A DNA stretch of 64,000 nt from Acidimicrobiales bacterium (lineage in GTDB: Bacteria; Actinomycetota; Acidimicrobiia; Acidimicrobiales; Aldehydirespiratoraceae), in contig OZ220692.1 of NCBI GenBank assembly GCA_965116485.1, positions 3,392,011 to 3,456,010 on the forward strand, in the 5' to 3' direction. The first letter of the stretch is position 1. Each line of letters opens with the position of its first letter. The notes under the pieces were generated by a model. It was not told the DNA's origin and searched no databases. It worked only from the letters and a program-made list of their open reading frames with translations. Positions 37,240-46,564 of this stretch are shown in pieces. Position numbers and translations under genes: made by a program.

Positions 37240-38630
37240 GCAAGCTCACCGATGACTTGGCCGCGATCCTGGGCGACGGCCTGTTGCAAACCGAAGCCGA
37301 GCGAAGCGCCCGCGCCCGCGACACTTGGATGCGGTCACAGATTCCGGTCTCCGCGGGATCTCCGGTCATAGCGCCGGTGGCGGTGTGCGCCCCGACCAGC
37401 AGCGAAGAGTTGGCCGAAGTGGTCCGCACCTGTATCGCTCACAGGGCCGCGATGATTCCCCGCGGCGGGGGATCCGGAGTGGTCGGAGGCGTGTTGGCCA
37501 CAGCCGACTCGGTCGTATTGAGCACCGAACGAATGACCGGATTGAGAGCCTTCTCGCAACGTGACCTGCTCGCTGCCTTCGGCGCCGGTACCAACGGGTT
37601 GGAGGCAGAGCAACGGATGCAAGCCGAAGGCCTGAGCATCGGCCACTGGCCCCAGTCGATCGAGCTGTCGACGGTCGGAGGTTGGGTGGCGACACGAGCC
37701 TCAGGCCAGTACTCGACCGCTTTCGGCAACATCGAAGACATGGTGTATTCGCTGGAGGCTGTGCTTGCTGACGGGTCGATCTATCGCAGTCGTGACACTC
37801 CGCGTGCCAGCGCCGGGCCGGATCTGCGCCATCTTCTGATGGGCAGCGAGGGCACTCTGGGGGTGGTCACCGAGGTCACGTTCTCGGTTCGTCAACAGCC
37901 CGAGTCCGAAGTGCGTCAAGCGTTTCATTTCGGCGACTTCGACGCCGGTCTCGAAGCGGCGCGCAAGCTAATGCGTGCCGGTTGGCGTCCAGCTGTGCTG
38001 AGACTCTATGACGCTCGCGAATCCTGGCGGCATTTCCGCGAACGCCTGCCCAAGGGCGACGCGATGCTCATCCTGGCTCACATGGGTCCCGCGGCACTGA
38101 CCGCAGCCGAAGCGGACGCCGTGTCTGACATTTGCGAATCCAACGACGGCACCGAAGCCCCCCGCGAGGTGGTTGACGGCTGGTTCGAGCATCGCAACAC
38201 GGTTCCCGCCTGGGACGAACTGCTGGCTCAGGGAATCGTCGCAGACACAATCGAGATCGCCGGCGACTGGACCCGGCTTCCGAGGCTCTACCGAGCGGTG
38301 ATCGATGCTCTCGAAGCGGTGGAGGGTGTTGTAGCGGCAAGCGCCCATTCATCCCACGCATACCGGTCGGGCGCCAATCTCTATTTCACCGTGGCGGCCA
38401 CACCCGCAGAACCCGATGACTACGCGTCGACCTACGACGCCTGCTGGTCAGCGGCCATGAACGCGGCCGCGAGCATCGGAGCAGGTCTAGCCCATCACCA
38501 TGGTGTGGGACGAGTTCGCCGCGCCTGGATGCGCGAGGAACTCGGAATCGGTGGTTTGTCGATGTTGCGTTCGGTCAAAGAGGCGATCGACCCCCACCGC
38601 CTCATGAACCCAGGGGTCCTGGTGCCATGA
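37236..38630 (+). CDS. FAD-binding oxidoreductase, alkylglycerone-phosphate synthase-like
   Basis: PRGGGSGV, GHWPQS.ELSTVGGWVATR, AGPDL, GSEGTLG, HSSHAY, HHHGVG, DP...MNPG. Confidence 0.85.
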   Translation: MSKLTDDLAAILGDGLLQTEAERSARARDTWMRSQIPVSAGSPVIAPVAVCAPTSSEELAEVVRTCIAHRAAMIPRGGGSGVVGGVLATADSVVLSTERMTGLRAFSQRDLLAAFGAGTNGLEAEQRMQAEGLSIGHWPQSIELSTVGGWVATRASGQYSTAFGNIEDMVYSLEAVLADGSIYRSRDTPRASAGPDLRHLLMGSEGTLGVVTEVTFSVRQQPESEVRQAFHFGDFDAGLEAARKLMRAGWRPAVLRLYDARESWRHFRERLPKGDAMLILAHMGPAALTAAEADAVSDICESNDGTEAPREVVDGWFEHRNTVPAWDELLAQGIVADTIEIAGDWTRLPRLYRAVIDALEAVEGVVAASAHSSHAYRSGANLYFTVAATPAEPDDYASTYDACWSAAMNAAASIGAGLAHHHGVGRVRRAWMREELGIGGLSMLRSVKEAIDPHRLMNPGVLVP

Positions 38631-39346
38631 GCCTCACAGATGCGCCCTGGCCCGTGCGGCGCAATGCGGCTTTGATTGTCGGCGCCACCCTGCTTGTGTC
38701 TGGTTGCGGGGGCGACTCCGGCGACAGCACCGATGACAGATCTGCGTCATCGGTGGACACGACGGTATCGGACCAAACAACCGTGTCGCCCGACACGACC
38801 TCCCCGGACCCGACCACCACTACGACAACAGCAGCGCCACCTTCCACCACAACAACAGAGCCCCGGCCGTCATTGTTCGTAGCACAGAAGTTGAGCGACC
38901 CCGCTCGTCTGCTGGTCGATGCCATACCCGCTCCCGGTACCGGCAGTGAATCTTCGGTCCCGCCCCCACTGCAACTCCACGCGAGTCCCAGCAGCTTCGT
39001 GGTCTGGCCCGGCGAACTCGACGAACAGAACCCCACCAAGGTTGCACTGCCTCTGACGGTACGCGGCTACTCCCGTTGGTTCGAATCGGCGGGCATCGTT
39101 GAGGTCCAGCACGCCGACGGAACCGCCGCGACGGCCACGGTCAGCGGGCCGCAGGTGTTCAATCCAGGTGCCGGCAGCAGTTGGGGCCTGACCGCTACCG
39201 GCTGGCTCGAGGCTTGGGGCACTTTCGAGTTCACCATTGACGACCTTGAGCCTGGGGAATACCGATTGCGAGTCGGCGAGTATCCCCCAATCGACGACAG
39301 CGATTTCATCGGAGTGACCATCCCCTTGGAAGTCCCGGAGCCATGA
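38627..39346 (+). CDS. Lipoprotein with Thr-rich linker and C-terminal Ig-like (Gmad2-like) domain
   Basis: Lipobox LVSGC, TTTTT linker, PLTVRG..RWFE, WGTFEFTI, GEYRLRV.E. Confidence 0.6.
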   Translation: MSLTDAPWPVRRNAALIVGATLLVSGCGGDSGDSTDDRSASSVDTTVSDQTTVSPDTTSPDPTTTTTTAAPPSTTTTEPRPSLFVAQKLSDPARLLVDAIPAPGTGSESSVPPPLQLHASPSSFVVWPGELDEQNPTKVALPLTVRGYSRWFESAGIVEVQHADGTAATATVSGPQVFNPGAGSSWGLTATGWLEAWGTFEFTIDDLEPGEYRLRVGEYPPIDDSDFIGVTIPLEVPEP

Positions 39347-40641
39347 GTCTGACAGCGGCGATCGATGTGGGAACCACCACGGTCCGTTCGGCGGTGTTCG
39401 ACGGTGAAGGCGAACGCCTCAGCATCGCCCGCGCCACTCTGGGTTCTCAGCATCCTTTCGCCGGTGCCGTTGAGCAGGACCCCGAAGAGATCGTCAGCAC
39501 TGCTGTCGACGTGTTCAACAGGAGTTTGGCCGAGGCCGGTGTTCAAGCGGCAGACGTCGAAGCTTTGGGCATCACCAACCAACGCTCCAGCGTCGTGGCA
39601 TGGGACGCCGACACCGGGCGGGCTCTGCGACCACTGATCGGCTGGCAGGACACTCGCACCTCAGAGCGTGTCGCGGAGTTCGTGTCGGCTGGAATCCCGC
39701 TCAACACTTCGGCTTCGTGCACGAAACTCGAGTGGTTGATGGCCAACGACGACGCTGTTGGTCGCGCTTCGGCCAACAACAGCCTTCGCTTCGGGACGGT
39801 CGACACCTGGCTGACCTGGGCATTGAGTGGAGGTGCGGTCCACGTGACGGATCCCTCGAACGCCGGAGCAACCGGCTGTTACGACCTGTACGGCGGCGAC
39901 TGGTCGAGCGACGTGCTGGCCTTGTTCGGCGTGCCCCGCGAGGCGATGGCAACCGTCGTGGCGTCGGATGAGATCGTGGGTCATTGCAATCCGGAACTCG
40001 TCGGCGCGGCCATCCCCCTCGCGGCCCGGTGCGGGGACCAGATGGCAGCGTGCATGGCTCACGGCATGGTCGACGGGACCGCGAAACTGACGCTCGGGAC
40101 CTCAGGGATGCTTGATGTCGGCACCGGCTCGACCATCGCGGACGCCCCCGCCGGCTGTTACGCCCTGCCGTTGTGTCGCCGCACCGTCGACGGAGTGATT
40201 GTCGACGAATTCTTGGTCGAGGGCTCGATCCTGACCGCGGGTTCGGTGATCGAATGGCTGGTCAGGGCCGGCCTGCTGGACCGCGTCGAGCGGCTCGATG
40301 AAGTCGCCGCGTCGGGTTCGCCCGGCGTGGATTTCGTGCCCTCGCTGGCCGGGCTCGGTACACCTCATCACGATCCTGAAGCAAGGGGCGCGGTGCGCGG
40401 CATCGGGCTGGAGACCACTGCCGCCGACATCGTCCTCGCGGCGCTCACGGGAATCGCCACTCGGGTAGCCGAGTTGACAGCCCACATGGGGATTACGGGT
40501 CCGCTTCTGGTTGACGGCGGGTTGAGCCAGTCGCAAGTACTGCTCGGAGCGATCCGGGAGACGACGAGTCTGGAGATTCACCCCGCTCCGGATCACGAAA
40601 CAACTGTCCGCGGCATCGCGTTGCTCGCCGTACCCGACTGA
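39343..40641 (+). CDS. FGGY family carbohydrate kinase (glycerol kinase-like)
   Basis: IDVGTTTVR, VEQDP, GITNQR, WQDTR, TDPSNA, GDQMAA, GLGTP, VDGG. C-terminus is shorter than in typical GlpK. Confidence 0.88.
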   Translation: MSLTAAIDVGTTTVRSAVFDGEGERLSIARATLGSQHPFAGAVEQDPEEIVSTAVDVFNRSLAEAGVQAADVEALGITNQRSSVVAWDADTGRALRPLIGWQDTRTSERVAEFVSAGIPLNTSASCTKLEWLMANDDAVGRASANNSLRFGTVDTWLTWALSGGAVHVTDPSNAGATGCYDLYGGDWSSDVLALFGVPREAMATVVASDEIVGHCNPELVGAAIPLAARCGDQMAACMAHGMVDGTAKLTLGTSGMLDVGTGSTIADAPAGCYALPLCRRTVDGVIVDEFLVEGSILTAGSVIEWLVRAGLLDRVERLDEVAASGSPGVDFVPSLAGLGTPHHDPEARGAVRGIGLETTAADIVLAALTGIATRVAELTAHMGITGPLLVDGGLSQSQVLLGAIRETTSLEIHPAPDHETTVRGIALLAVPD

Positions 40642-41246
40642 GGGAGTTCCACCAAACCGTCGAGCACCATGGCCAACGCATGATTGATCAACTCATCGCG
40701 GCCGAGCAGTCCCAGCAAGGAGATCTGTTGGATTGCGCCCGAGATCGTGCTGACAACAACCCGGGCACTGGGCGCCGAGCTGATTTCACCTCTGTTGACC
40801 GCCCGCTCAAAGACCTCGGCCATAGCCGCGACAGGCGGCTCCACATGGCGCCGAAGCGTGTCTTGGAAGAGCGATGGTTGGAGTCTAAATTCAGCGGTGA
40901 TAGCAGGAAGGCCGCGGAGGAAATCCGGACGAAGGGTGAGATCGACGTGTTGGGTGACCACCGCTCGCAGATCACTTCGAAGATCGCCAAGATCGGGCGC
41001 CTCGAAAGTAATGACATCATCGAACAATGCATCTCGTACAAGTTCGGCCTTCGAGGACCAGGTCCGGTTGATGTACCGGCGATAGAGTCCCGCCTCCTTG
41101 GCGACCGCCTCCAAGGTCATCCGTTCGTATCCGGTGGAGATGAGCACCGCACGAGTGGCCTCCAAAATGGCCCGTCGATTGGTTGTGTTCGGCGGGCGTC
41201 CCGGTCCTCGCCGCTCCTCGCAGTCTGTGTGGGTTTCGTCAGCCAC
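40593..41246 (-). CDS. TetR/AcrR family regulator
   Basis: GPGRP...AILEAT....GYERMTLEAVAKEAGL. GTG start at 41246 with TAACCT -10. Confidence 0.85.
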   Translation of the reverse strand: MADETHTDCEERRGPGRPPNTTNRRAILEATRAVLISTGYERMTLEAVAKEAGLYRRYINRTWSSKAELVRDALFDDVITFEAPDLGDLRSDLRAVVTQHVDLTLRPDFLRGLPAITAEFRLQPSLFQDTLRRHVEPPVAAMAEVFERAVNRGEISSAPSARVVVSTISGAIQQISLLGLLGRDELINHALAMVLDGLVELPQSGTASNAMPRTVVS

Positions 41247-41268
41247 AAACTCCAGGTTAGCCGCCCAA

Positions 41269-41282
41269 GGACAATATTGTCC
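41269..41282. promoter_or_regulatory. Perfect 14-bp palindrome, candidate TetR operator
   Basis: GGACAATATTGTCC lies between the divergent tetR and SBP genes. Confidence 0.6.
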
Positions 41283-41342
41283 CCGAGCGAGACATATGGG
41301 TATACTGCGCTGCTGAGTTCTTACTGACACCCTGGGGGGAAA

Positions 41343-42848
41343 ATGACTCGCAAACGACCGAACACGATCGTGCGCCTGCTGGCGCTATTGCTCAGCTTCT
41401 TGTTGCTGGCCGCTGCTTGCGGAGGTGACGACGGCGACGACGCCGAACCAGTGAGCGGAGATGACGGCGACGACATGGCCGACACCGGTGATGACGGCGA
41501 CGACATGGCCGACGACGGCGACGGTGATGACATGGCCGACGACGACGGCGACGACATGGCTGATGACAGCGACGACGGCGACGACATGGCCGACGACGGC
41601 GATGACATGGCCGAACCAGAGCCGGAGCCTGAACCACGTACCGCTTCATGGAGGGGTGTCACCGAAGACGCGATCACCGTCGGCGTCTCGATGCTCGATT
41701 TTGAGGTTCTTGTCGACATCAATCTGTCACCGGCGGGCTGGGGAGACCAGCAGGGCGTCTGGGAGGCGCTGATCGACAACCTCAACGCCAACGGCGGGAT
41801 TCACGGTCGAACCGTTGAAGCCGTTTATGAGTTCTACAGCCCGATCGACCCAACGGACGCCGAGCGTGCATGCACGGCCATGACCGAGGACAACGAGGTG
41901 TTCGCCGTGCTCGGCGGTTTCGTAGGACCGCTGGGTGGAACCGCGGACCCTTGCATCACCGGCCTCAACGAGACCATCCTCGTCGGCGGCGGGATCAACG
42001 CAGACGAACTCGCACAGTCCAAAGCTCCTTGGTATCACCCTGAGCCCGTCGTCGAGGTGTCTACCGATGTCCTCCTGCAACTATTGGTAGAGGAAGGCAG
42101 CTTGACCGAAGGCATGCCCGTTTTCGTGATCGCCGGACGCGCCGCTGAGTCCACGGTGGAACCAGTGATCGAGGCTCTCGAAGCGAGCGGCGCCGAGGTT
42201 GTCGGCCGAGGCATCATCGAGGCCAACGACGGCGAGACCCTTGCTCAGAACCAGCAGTTGGAAGTGATCCTGCAACGATTCCAGGCGTCCGGTGCCGAAG
42301 CAATAATGATCACCGGCAACCCCGCCGCCACGATCCGCGGGATCGGCCTGGCGGGTCTCAACGGTCAATTCCCCGTCTGGACTAACGACACGGGGGGACT
42401 CAACAACCTCGGCCGAACCATTGAAGACAAGTCGATAGCCGATGGCGTTATCGCCCCCATCGGACCTACCGACAGCGAGATCTACGCCGATCCGCTGTAC
42501 CAGTCGACCTGCAACGACGTGGTCGCCGCAGCCATTCCCGATGCTGACCTTCGTGAACCAACCGAGTATCAAGAAGACGAAGAGAACTGGTTCAACCCGG
42601 TCCGACGGTACTGTCGCCATCTCGCGCTGTTCGTGGAGATTGCAACCAAAGCTGGGGTCAACCTAACCCACGAGAGCTTCAAGGCCGCTGCCGAGAGCCT
42701 CAGCGACTTCGTCCTTCCCGGCGGAGCATCATCGCTCAGTCCAACGAAGTTCGGCGCGCGCGACCTCTTCCGTCTTGGCGCGTTCGACCACACTAGCGGT
42801 GACGGCGAGGCCGTTCCGGAGACTGATCTAATCGACATGTTCCCCTAG
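41343..42848 (+). CDS. ABC transporter substrate-binding lipoprotein (type 1 periplasmic fold) with Asp-rich DDGDDMA repeat linker
   Basis: Lipobox LAAAC, SWRGVTEDAITVG, NANGGIHGR, VFAVLGG. Confidence 0.8.
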   Translation: MTRKRPNTIVRLLALLLSFLLLAAACGGDDGDDAEPVSGDDGDDMADTGDDGDDMADDGDGDDMADDDGDDMADDSDDGDDMADDGDDMAEPEPEPEPRTASWRGVTEDAITVGVSMLDFEVLVDINLSPAGWGDQQGVWEALIDNLNANGGIHGRTVEAVYEFYSPIDPTDAERACTAMTEDNEVFAVLGGFVGPLGGTADPCITGLNETILVGGGINADELAQSKAPWYHPEPVVEVSTDVLLQLLVEEGSLTEGMPVFVIAGRAAESTVEPVIEALEASGAEVVGRGIIEANDGETLAQNQQLEVILQRFQASGAEAIMITGNPAATIRGIGLAGLNGQFPVWTNDTGGLNNLGRTIEDKSIADGVIAPIGPTDSEIYADPLYQSTCNDVVAAAIPDADLREPTEYQEDEENWFNPVRRYCRHLALFVEIATKAGVNLTHESFKAAAESLSDFVLPGGASSLSPTKFGARDLFRLGAFDHTSGDGEAVPETDLIDMFP

Positions 42849-42955
42849 ACCACGAACAGCCCACGGGCTTCACAAACGAACACCAACACAGGCGGCCGCC
42901 CCTTTCGAGTGGTCGCCTGTGTCGTTTTCCGCCGATGCTCGGGCATAGTCAATGG

Positions 42956-44524
42956 ATGAAGGAACTCATCTACCACCGCAGTCTGTTGCCCACCGTCGAC
43001 CGCTACGCCGACAAGACCCTGATCATCGACGGCGGGTACCGAGCCAGCTACGCCGAGCACGCCGACCGTGTCTTCCGCCTGAGCAACGCACTGAAGGACC
43101 GCCTCGGCGTAACCCGCTCCGACCGGTTCGCGGTTATGGCGCTCAACAGTCACCAGTACTTGGAGCTGTATCACGCCGCTTTCCTCGGTGCCGGGATCAT
43201 CAACCCGCTCAACCTGCGTCTCGCCGGTGCAGAACTCGACTACATCCTTCGCAACTCCGGCACAGAGGTGATCTTCGCGGACGCCTACTTCGCGGCCGCG
43301 ATAAAGCAGGTCCTCGAGTCGAGCGAAGAACCGCACAGCGTTCGCAGCGTCGTGCTCATCGGCGAGGGTGACGTTCCCCACGACCTCACTTACGAAGGCT
43401 TGATCGACGGTGCCGACTCATCTGTGCCTGAAGAGCCCGAGGAAGAGGATCCCGTCGTGCTCATGTACACCGGTGGAACCACGGGGCTGCCCAAGGGCGT
43501 GCTAGTCGACAACCGGGCTGAGATGCTCAACCTGTATCACATCGCCATCGTGTTCGGCTTCGACGACGACGCCGTCAACCTCATCCAAACACCCATGTTC
43601 CACGCGGCCACGATGGGCGCAATCCTGGGGACACCGTCGAGCGGCGGCACCGCAGTCAGCATTCCGATGTTCGATCCCGCAGGTGCCATGGCCCTGATCG
43701 AAGCACACGGTGTGACCCAGACCGTGATGGTCCCGACCATGATCGGCATGATGTTGCAGCATCCCGACTTCTCGCCGGAACGTCTCAACTCCGTGAAGCA
43801 ACTCCTCTACGGTGCGAGCCCGATGCCAGCGGCCATCCTCGACACCATCCTGTCGACCTGGCCCGAGATGGAGGTGCTGCAGGGTTACGGGATGACCGAG
43901 TGTTCTGCGGTGCTCACCATGCTCGGAGCCAAGGAGCACCGCGAGGGCGGCGATCGTCTCCGTTCCGCGGGCAGGGCCGTTCCGGGAGTTCTGCTGTCGA
44001 TCCGCGACGAATCCGGCAACGAAGTCGCAACCGGAGAGACCGGCGAGGTGTGGGCCAAGGGCGGCAACTTCATGCAGGAGTACTGGCAGAATCCGACCGC
44101 CACAGCCGAAGCGTTCGAGGGCGGCTGGTACCACACCGGCGACGCCGGATACCTCGACGAAGACGGCTATCTGTTCCTCGTCGACCGCGTCAAGGACATG
44201 ATCGTCACCGGCGGTGAGAACGTCTACTCGGCCGAGGTCGAGAGTGCCATCTCCAAACACCCGGCGGTCGCTCAGGTCGCAGTGATCGGCATCCCGCACG
44301 ACACCTGGGGAGAACAGGTACACGCGGTCGTAGTCTGTGCCGAAGGCACCGAGACCAGCGAAGAAGAGATCCAAGCCTTCGCACGGGAGTCGATCGCCGG
44401 CTACAAAGTCCCGAAGTCTGTGGAGTTCCGCAGCGAGCCCCTGCCTCTTTCGGGCGCGATGAAAGTCCTCAAACGAGAGCTACGAGCGCCTTACTGGGAA
44501 GAGCACGGACGGGGGGTCAACTAG
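42956..44524 (+). CDS. Long-chain fatty acid--CoA ligase
   Basis: YTGGTTGLPKG, GYGMTE, GWYHTGD, DRVKDMIVTGGEN, KVLK. Confidence 0.93.
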   Translation: MKELIYHRSLLPTVDRYADKTLIIDGGYRASYAEHADRVFRLSNALKDRLGVTRSDRFAVMALNSHQYLELYHAAFLGAGIINPLNLRLAGAELDYILRNSGTEVIFADAYFAAAIKQVLESSEEPHSVRSVVLIGEGDVPHDLTYEGLIDGADSSVPEEPEEEDPVVLMYTGGTTGLPKGVLVDNRAEMLNLYHIAIVFGFDDDAVNLIQTPMFHAATMGAILGTPSSGGTAVSIPMFDPAGAMALIEAHGVTQTVMVPTMIGMMLQHPDFSPERLNSVKQLLYGASPMPAAILDTILSTWPEMEVLQGYGMTECSAVLTMLGAKEHREGGDRLRSAGRAVPGVLLSIRDESGNEVATGETGEVWAKGGNFMQEYWQNPTATAEAFEGGWYHTGDAGYLDEDGYLFLVDRVKDMIVTGGENVYSAEVESAISKHPAVAQVAVIGIPHDTWGEQVHAVVVCAEGTETSEEEIQAFARESIAGYKVPKSVEFRSEPLPLSGAMKVLKRELRAPYWEEHGRGVN

Positions 44525-44535
44525 CCACGGACGGT

Positions 44536-45318
44536 TCACTCGCCGAGGTCCGGGGCCCACGATGAACCGTTGATGTGGCCTCCGCCGTCAACAAACAAGG
44601 TGTTGCCGGTCATGTAGCCGCAGCCCTCGCTTGCCAGAAACACCGCAACAGGGGCTATGTCGTCATAGCAGTCACCGATCCGACCCATCGGGTTGCCTGC
44701 GTCCGCAGCCGACAGGAGTTCGGGGTGCTGCGACATGACGGCATGAAACGAAGCGGACTTGGCGGCAGGGCAGATCACGTTGGCGACGATCCCGGTGCCG
44801 GCCCACTCCCGTGCGGCGGTGCGGGTGGCTGCCCGCAGTGCCTCCTTGGAGGAGTTGTACTCGACGGTTCCCATATGGGCGTTGACGCCGTTGAGCGAAC
44901 ACAGGTTGATTATTCGTCCGTAGCCGCGGGGTTTCATGACCGCATGGGCCGCGTTCATTGCCCAGAACGGACCAAGAAAACCGACGTCGAGACCTCGGGC
45001 CATGCCTTCGGCGGACTTCTGTTCGACGCGGCTGATCACCCCGCCACCCCAGGCGTTGTTGACCAGGATGTCGAGTGCGCCCCAGCGATCGACTGCCGCG
45101 TCGACCATCGCTTCCACGTCATCGCGGTTGCCCGCATCGGTGCGCACGAACAGGCCCGCGTCGCCGAGTCTGTCGGCCATCGCCTGACCGGTCTGCTCGT
45201 TGAGTTCAGCGATCACCACCCCTTCGGCACCCTCGTCGACAAAGCGCTGAGCGATGGCGGCTCCAATGCCGTCGCCGGCACCTGTGATCACCGCTGTCCG
45301 GCCGTCTAGTTGACCCAT
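44536..45318 (-). CDS. Short-chain dehydrogenase/reductase
   Basis: TGAGDGIG, NNA, YNSSK, TGNTLFVDGG. Confidence 0.92.
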   Translation of the reverse strand: MGQLDGRTAVITGAGDGIGAAIAQRFVDEGAEGVVIAELNEQTGQAMADRLGDAGLFVRTDAGNRDDVEAMVDAAVDRWGALDILVNNAWGGGVISRVEQKSAEGMARGLDVGFLGPFWAMNAAHAVMKPRGYGRIINLCSLNGVNAHMGTVEYNSSKEALRAATRTAAREWAGTGIVANVICPAAKSASFHAVMSQHPELLSAADAGNPMGRIGDCYDDIAPVAVFLASEGCGYMTGNTLFVDGGGHINGSSWAPDLGE

Positions 45319-45495
45319 GATGTGTCTCCTTTGGGTGTCGATCCGCTAGCCCGTCTAGTTTCTTTTTGGGGAAGTGTTCAGACCGGGCGGTCGCCCTTGA
45401 TCGTTATGCGACGCATGTGGCGGCGCTGACCTGCAAAATCATGCAACGCGTAGTGCGCACGGTCAGTCCGGTCGTCTCGGTCGCGGCCGTGGGAG

Positions 45496-46383
45496 TCATG
45501 TGCAAGAAGCCTCGAAGATGCTGCCGATCGAGGAGTCCAGCATGGCGTCGAACTCTTCTTTGCTCTGCTGAGCGTTGAGTCCCTCGGTGAGGGCCCGTGA
45601 GAAACTGGCGACCATGCCAAGTTGGCGAGACAACCGTTCGTTGGATTCTTGACGGCTGTATCCGCCCGACAGGGCCACGACCCGCAGCACCCGCGGATGG
45701 GCGATCACGTCACTGTAGAACCCGTCCTCGGAGGGCAGGGTGAGCTTCAACATCACCGATTGCCCTTCGCCCAGTTGGTCGAGATGCGCAAGAATCGCCG
45801 CCTTCAGCATCGTTTCAGCTTCTTCTTTGCTTGAACTGTGGATGTTGACTTCGGGCTCGATGATCGGCATCAGGCCTGCTGCAAGGATCTGTTTGCCCAC
45901 CTCGAACTGCTGGTCGACAACCGCATCGACACCGGCCTGATCGGCTTCGTTGATGACCGAGCGCATCTTGGTGCCGAAAATGCCCATTTCATTGGCCCGT
46001 TCGAGCAGTTCGCCTAGTTCGGGCATCGGTTTCATTGTCTGGGTGCCGTTGGATTCCGTGTCAAGACCCTTGTCCACCTTGAGGAACGGCACCACACGCT
46101 TCTGTTCCCACAGGTAGGAGGCGCTCTGCCGGCCCGCGATATCGCGGTCCATCGTCATCTCGAAGAGGATCGCGCCCAGGATCCGGTCACCGTCGAAACT
46201 GGGGCTGGTCACGATGCGGCTGCGCATCTCGTGCACGAGATCAAACATCTCGGCGTCGCCCTCATAGGTGTCTTCGGCAACTCCATAGAGCTTCAAAGCT
46301 TTGGGCGTGCTACCCCCGCTCTGGTCCAGCGCGGCAATGAAACCGTCTGCCTGCTTGATCTTGTTGAACTGCTCTGTGTTCAT
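45496..46383 (-). CDS. fda: Fructose-bisphosphate aldolase class I
   Basis: [58 protein letters not shown]. Confidence 0.93.
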   Translation of the reverse strand: MNTEQFNKIKQADGFIAALDQSGGSTPKALKLYGVAEDTYEGDAEMFDLVHEMRSRIVTSPSFDGDRILGAILFEMTMDRDIAGRQSASYLWEQKRVVPFLKVDKGLDTESNGTQTMKPMPELGELLERANEMGIFGTKMRSVINEADQAGVDAVVDQQFEVGKQILAAGLMPIIEPEVNIHSSSKEEAETMLKAAILAHLDQLGEGQSVMLKLTLPSEDGFYSDVIAHPRVLRVVALSGGYSRQESNERLSRQLGMVASFSRALTEGLNAQQSKEEFDAMLDSSIGSIFEASCT

Positions 46384-46493
46384 TCCTGCCGCTTTCTGAT
46401 TCGGTACGAGTCCCAAGGATACGCCCCGAACGCGACCCTGGCGCGACGAACTCCACTGACTGGAATAAGGAGTGAGTTACAGCACAGTTGAGT

Positions 46494-46548
46494 CCGTCCA
46501 ATCCACACAATTAAGGCCGTCCAATCCATATAATTCAAGCCGTCCAAT
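46494..46548 (+). repeat. 23-bp-period direct repeats (core CCGTCCAAT x3) in the promoter of the AAA-DUF4143 gene
   Basis: ccgtccaatccacacaattaagg | ccgtccaatccatataattcaag | ccgtccaat at 46494, 46517 and 46540. Confidence 0.85.
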
Positions 46549-46564
46549 GAGTAGACTTGCGGGC

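Noticed and set aside
45302-45360. Short direct repeat ccgtctagtt around the SDR start
   Set aside because: Only 10 bp in two copies with no supporting structure, so it cannot be told apart from chance.
46494-46548. 23-bp repeats as a mini-CRISPR
   Set aside because: Units are tandem and too short, and the intervening parts resemble each other rather than being unique spacers.
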